DNA of 64,000 nucleotides from Arthrobacter sp. (GTDB taxonomy: Bacteria > Actinomycetota > Actinomycetes > Actinomycetales > Micrococcaceae), in the NCBI GenBank assembly GCA_023264815.1, contig JAHFUZ010000005.1:65842-129841 (forward strand), given 5' to 3'. Numbering within the stretch: position 1 is the stretch's first letter; every line of letters begins with the position of its first letter. Below the pieces are notes generated by a model. It made no database searches. It was not told the DNA's origin and saw nothing but the letters and a program-made list of their open reading frames with translations. A program made the translations under genes and the position numbers. This document shows, piece by piece, positions 63,335 to 64,000 of this stretch.

Positions 63335-63390
63335 ATAGCCCCGGTTCGACGCAACGTATGACTCGTATCGTTGCTGAGAACCGGGGCTAT
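63335..63390. other. Long imperfect hairpin (13-bp outer stem plus 6-bp inner stem)
   Basis: atagccccggttc (63335-63347) pairs with gaaccggggctat (63378-63390). The inner gcaacg pairs with cgttgc. Confidence 0.6.
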
Positions 63391-63404
63391 TGCCTTTAAA
63401 TAGG

Positions 63405-63466
63405 CATCGATTGCTCCGTAACCGCCGTTTTGACGGCTCAAAAGGGCGGTTACGGAGCAACCGATG
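63405..63466. repeat. 62-bp palindromic intergenic repeat, copy B (near-perfect hairpin), immediately after the polyprenyl synthase stop
   Basis: catcgattgctccgtaaccgcc (63405-63426) pairs with ggcggttacggagcaaccgatg (63445-63466) with one mismatch. The inner ttttga pairs with tcaaaa. It is homologous to 49222-49283. Confidence 0.85.
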
Positions 63467-63477
63467 AAGGAAGGGAA

Positions 63478-64000
63478 TCAGCTGGCGCGGTCCACCACGG
63501 CCAGCGCGAAGTTGGACAGCGAGGACTTGACCACGCCCTCCGGCAGCGGCTTCAAAGCAGCAATCGCTTCGTCGGCCCAGCGGCGGGCAACCACCCAGGA
63601 CTCGGCGGTAACAGGGTGCTCGCGTAGCCCGGCCACGGCGGCAGCCAATGCAGAATCTGAGGAAAGGTCCCCGTCAATGAGTTTCAAAAGTTCGACGGCG
63701 GACTGGTCACCGGCGGCGGCATCGCGCCGAAGGAACAGGACCGGCAGCGTGGGGACGCCTTCGCGGAGGTCGGTCCCCGGGGACTTGCCCGACTTGACCT
63801 TGACGCCGGTGACATCGATAACGTCATCGGCGAGCTGGAAGGCCACGCCCACTTTCTCGCCGTATTCCACGAGGACTTCTTCATAGGCTTCGTCGGCACC
63901 GGCAAAGATCGCACCGAGCTGGCCGGACGCCGCAACCAAGGACCCGGTCTTGTCCGCGATGACCGAGAGGTAGTGCTCCACCGGATCCTCGTCCGGGCGC
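63478..64000 (-). CDS. Polyprenyl diphosphate synthase (trans-isoprenyl, long-chain type), C-terminal part; the 5' end lies outside the window
   Basis: Second Asp-rich motif FQLADDVIDV, then ...KSGKSPGTDLREGVPTLPVL.... The reading frame is open to the window edge. Confidence 0.85.
   Translation of the reverse strand, partial: RPDEDPVEHYLSVIADKTGSLVAASGQLGAIFAGADEAYEEVLVEYGEKVGVAFQLADDVIDVTGVKVKSGKSPGTDLREGVPTLPVLFLRRDAAAGDQSAVELLKLIDGDLSSDSALAAAVAGLREHPVTAESWVVARRWADEAIAALKPLPEGVVKSSLSNFALAVVDRAS

Overview
This is a high-GC actinobacterial chromosome segment. Gene content looks Micrococcaceae/Arthrobacter-like, but that is inference only. I support about 55 protein-coding genes. I found no rRNA, tRNA, CRISPR array, transposase or integrase. 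All calls rest on reading the supplied ORF translations and the DNA by eye; no searches were run.

Layout:
- 0-5.6 kb: yajQ tail, htpX, an MFS exporter, a hypothetical CDS carrying an in-frame 57-bp perfect palindrome, and a Fur-family regulator with a monofunctional catalase.
- 5.6-9.1 kb: a NitT/TauT-type ABC importer.
- 9.3-13.1 kb: DUF2461, TetR, IclR, and kdgK-eda.
- 13.4-15 kb: an APC amino-acid permease.
- 15.2-19.7 kb: a GAF regulator, aldehyde dehydrogenase, Zn-ADH and DUF779 operon.
- 19.7-21.1 kb: fprA copy 1.
- 22.0-34.2 kb: the most unusual locus (details below).
- 34.2-36.3 kb: type IB topoisomerase and rarD.
- 36.4-40.8 kb: gabT, an aldehyde dehydrogenase and a PucR regulator.
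- 40.8-47.6 kb: CYTH-CHAD, MFS plus GntR, AI-2E, and DUF1206.
- 47.7-62 kb: a sulfur-assimilation supercluster with fprA copy 2, cysG, cysteine synthase, an Ssu-like ABC importer, rtcB, cysNDH, sulfite reductase and a CbiX-type chelatase.
- 62-64 kb: a TRIC-type channel, a SUKH/SMI1 protein, a structured intergenic region, and a polyprenyl synthase tail.

The 22.0-34.2 kb locus is a non-canonical Pst-like phosphate-type ABC transporter. The gene order is X-pstC-pstA-pstS'-sortase-like-pstB-sortase. It includes three PstS-fold secreted paralogues and three proteins with cell-wall-sorting-like C-termini, one of them a canonical LAxTG. It also includes an apparently active class F sortase and a sortase-fold protein whose catalytic His and Cys are both replaced.

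Other notable signals:
- A GAAAC-N5-GTCAC motif recurs in front of sulfur operons.
- A 62-bp palindromic repeat occurs twice.
- PHO-box-like direct repeats lie in front of the Pst-like locus.
- Many long ORFs in the track are antisense or out-of-frame shadows typical of high-GC DNA, and I rejected them.
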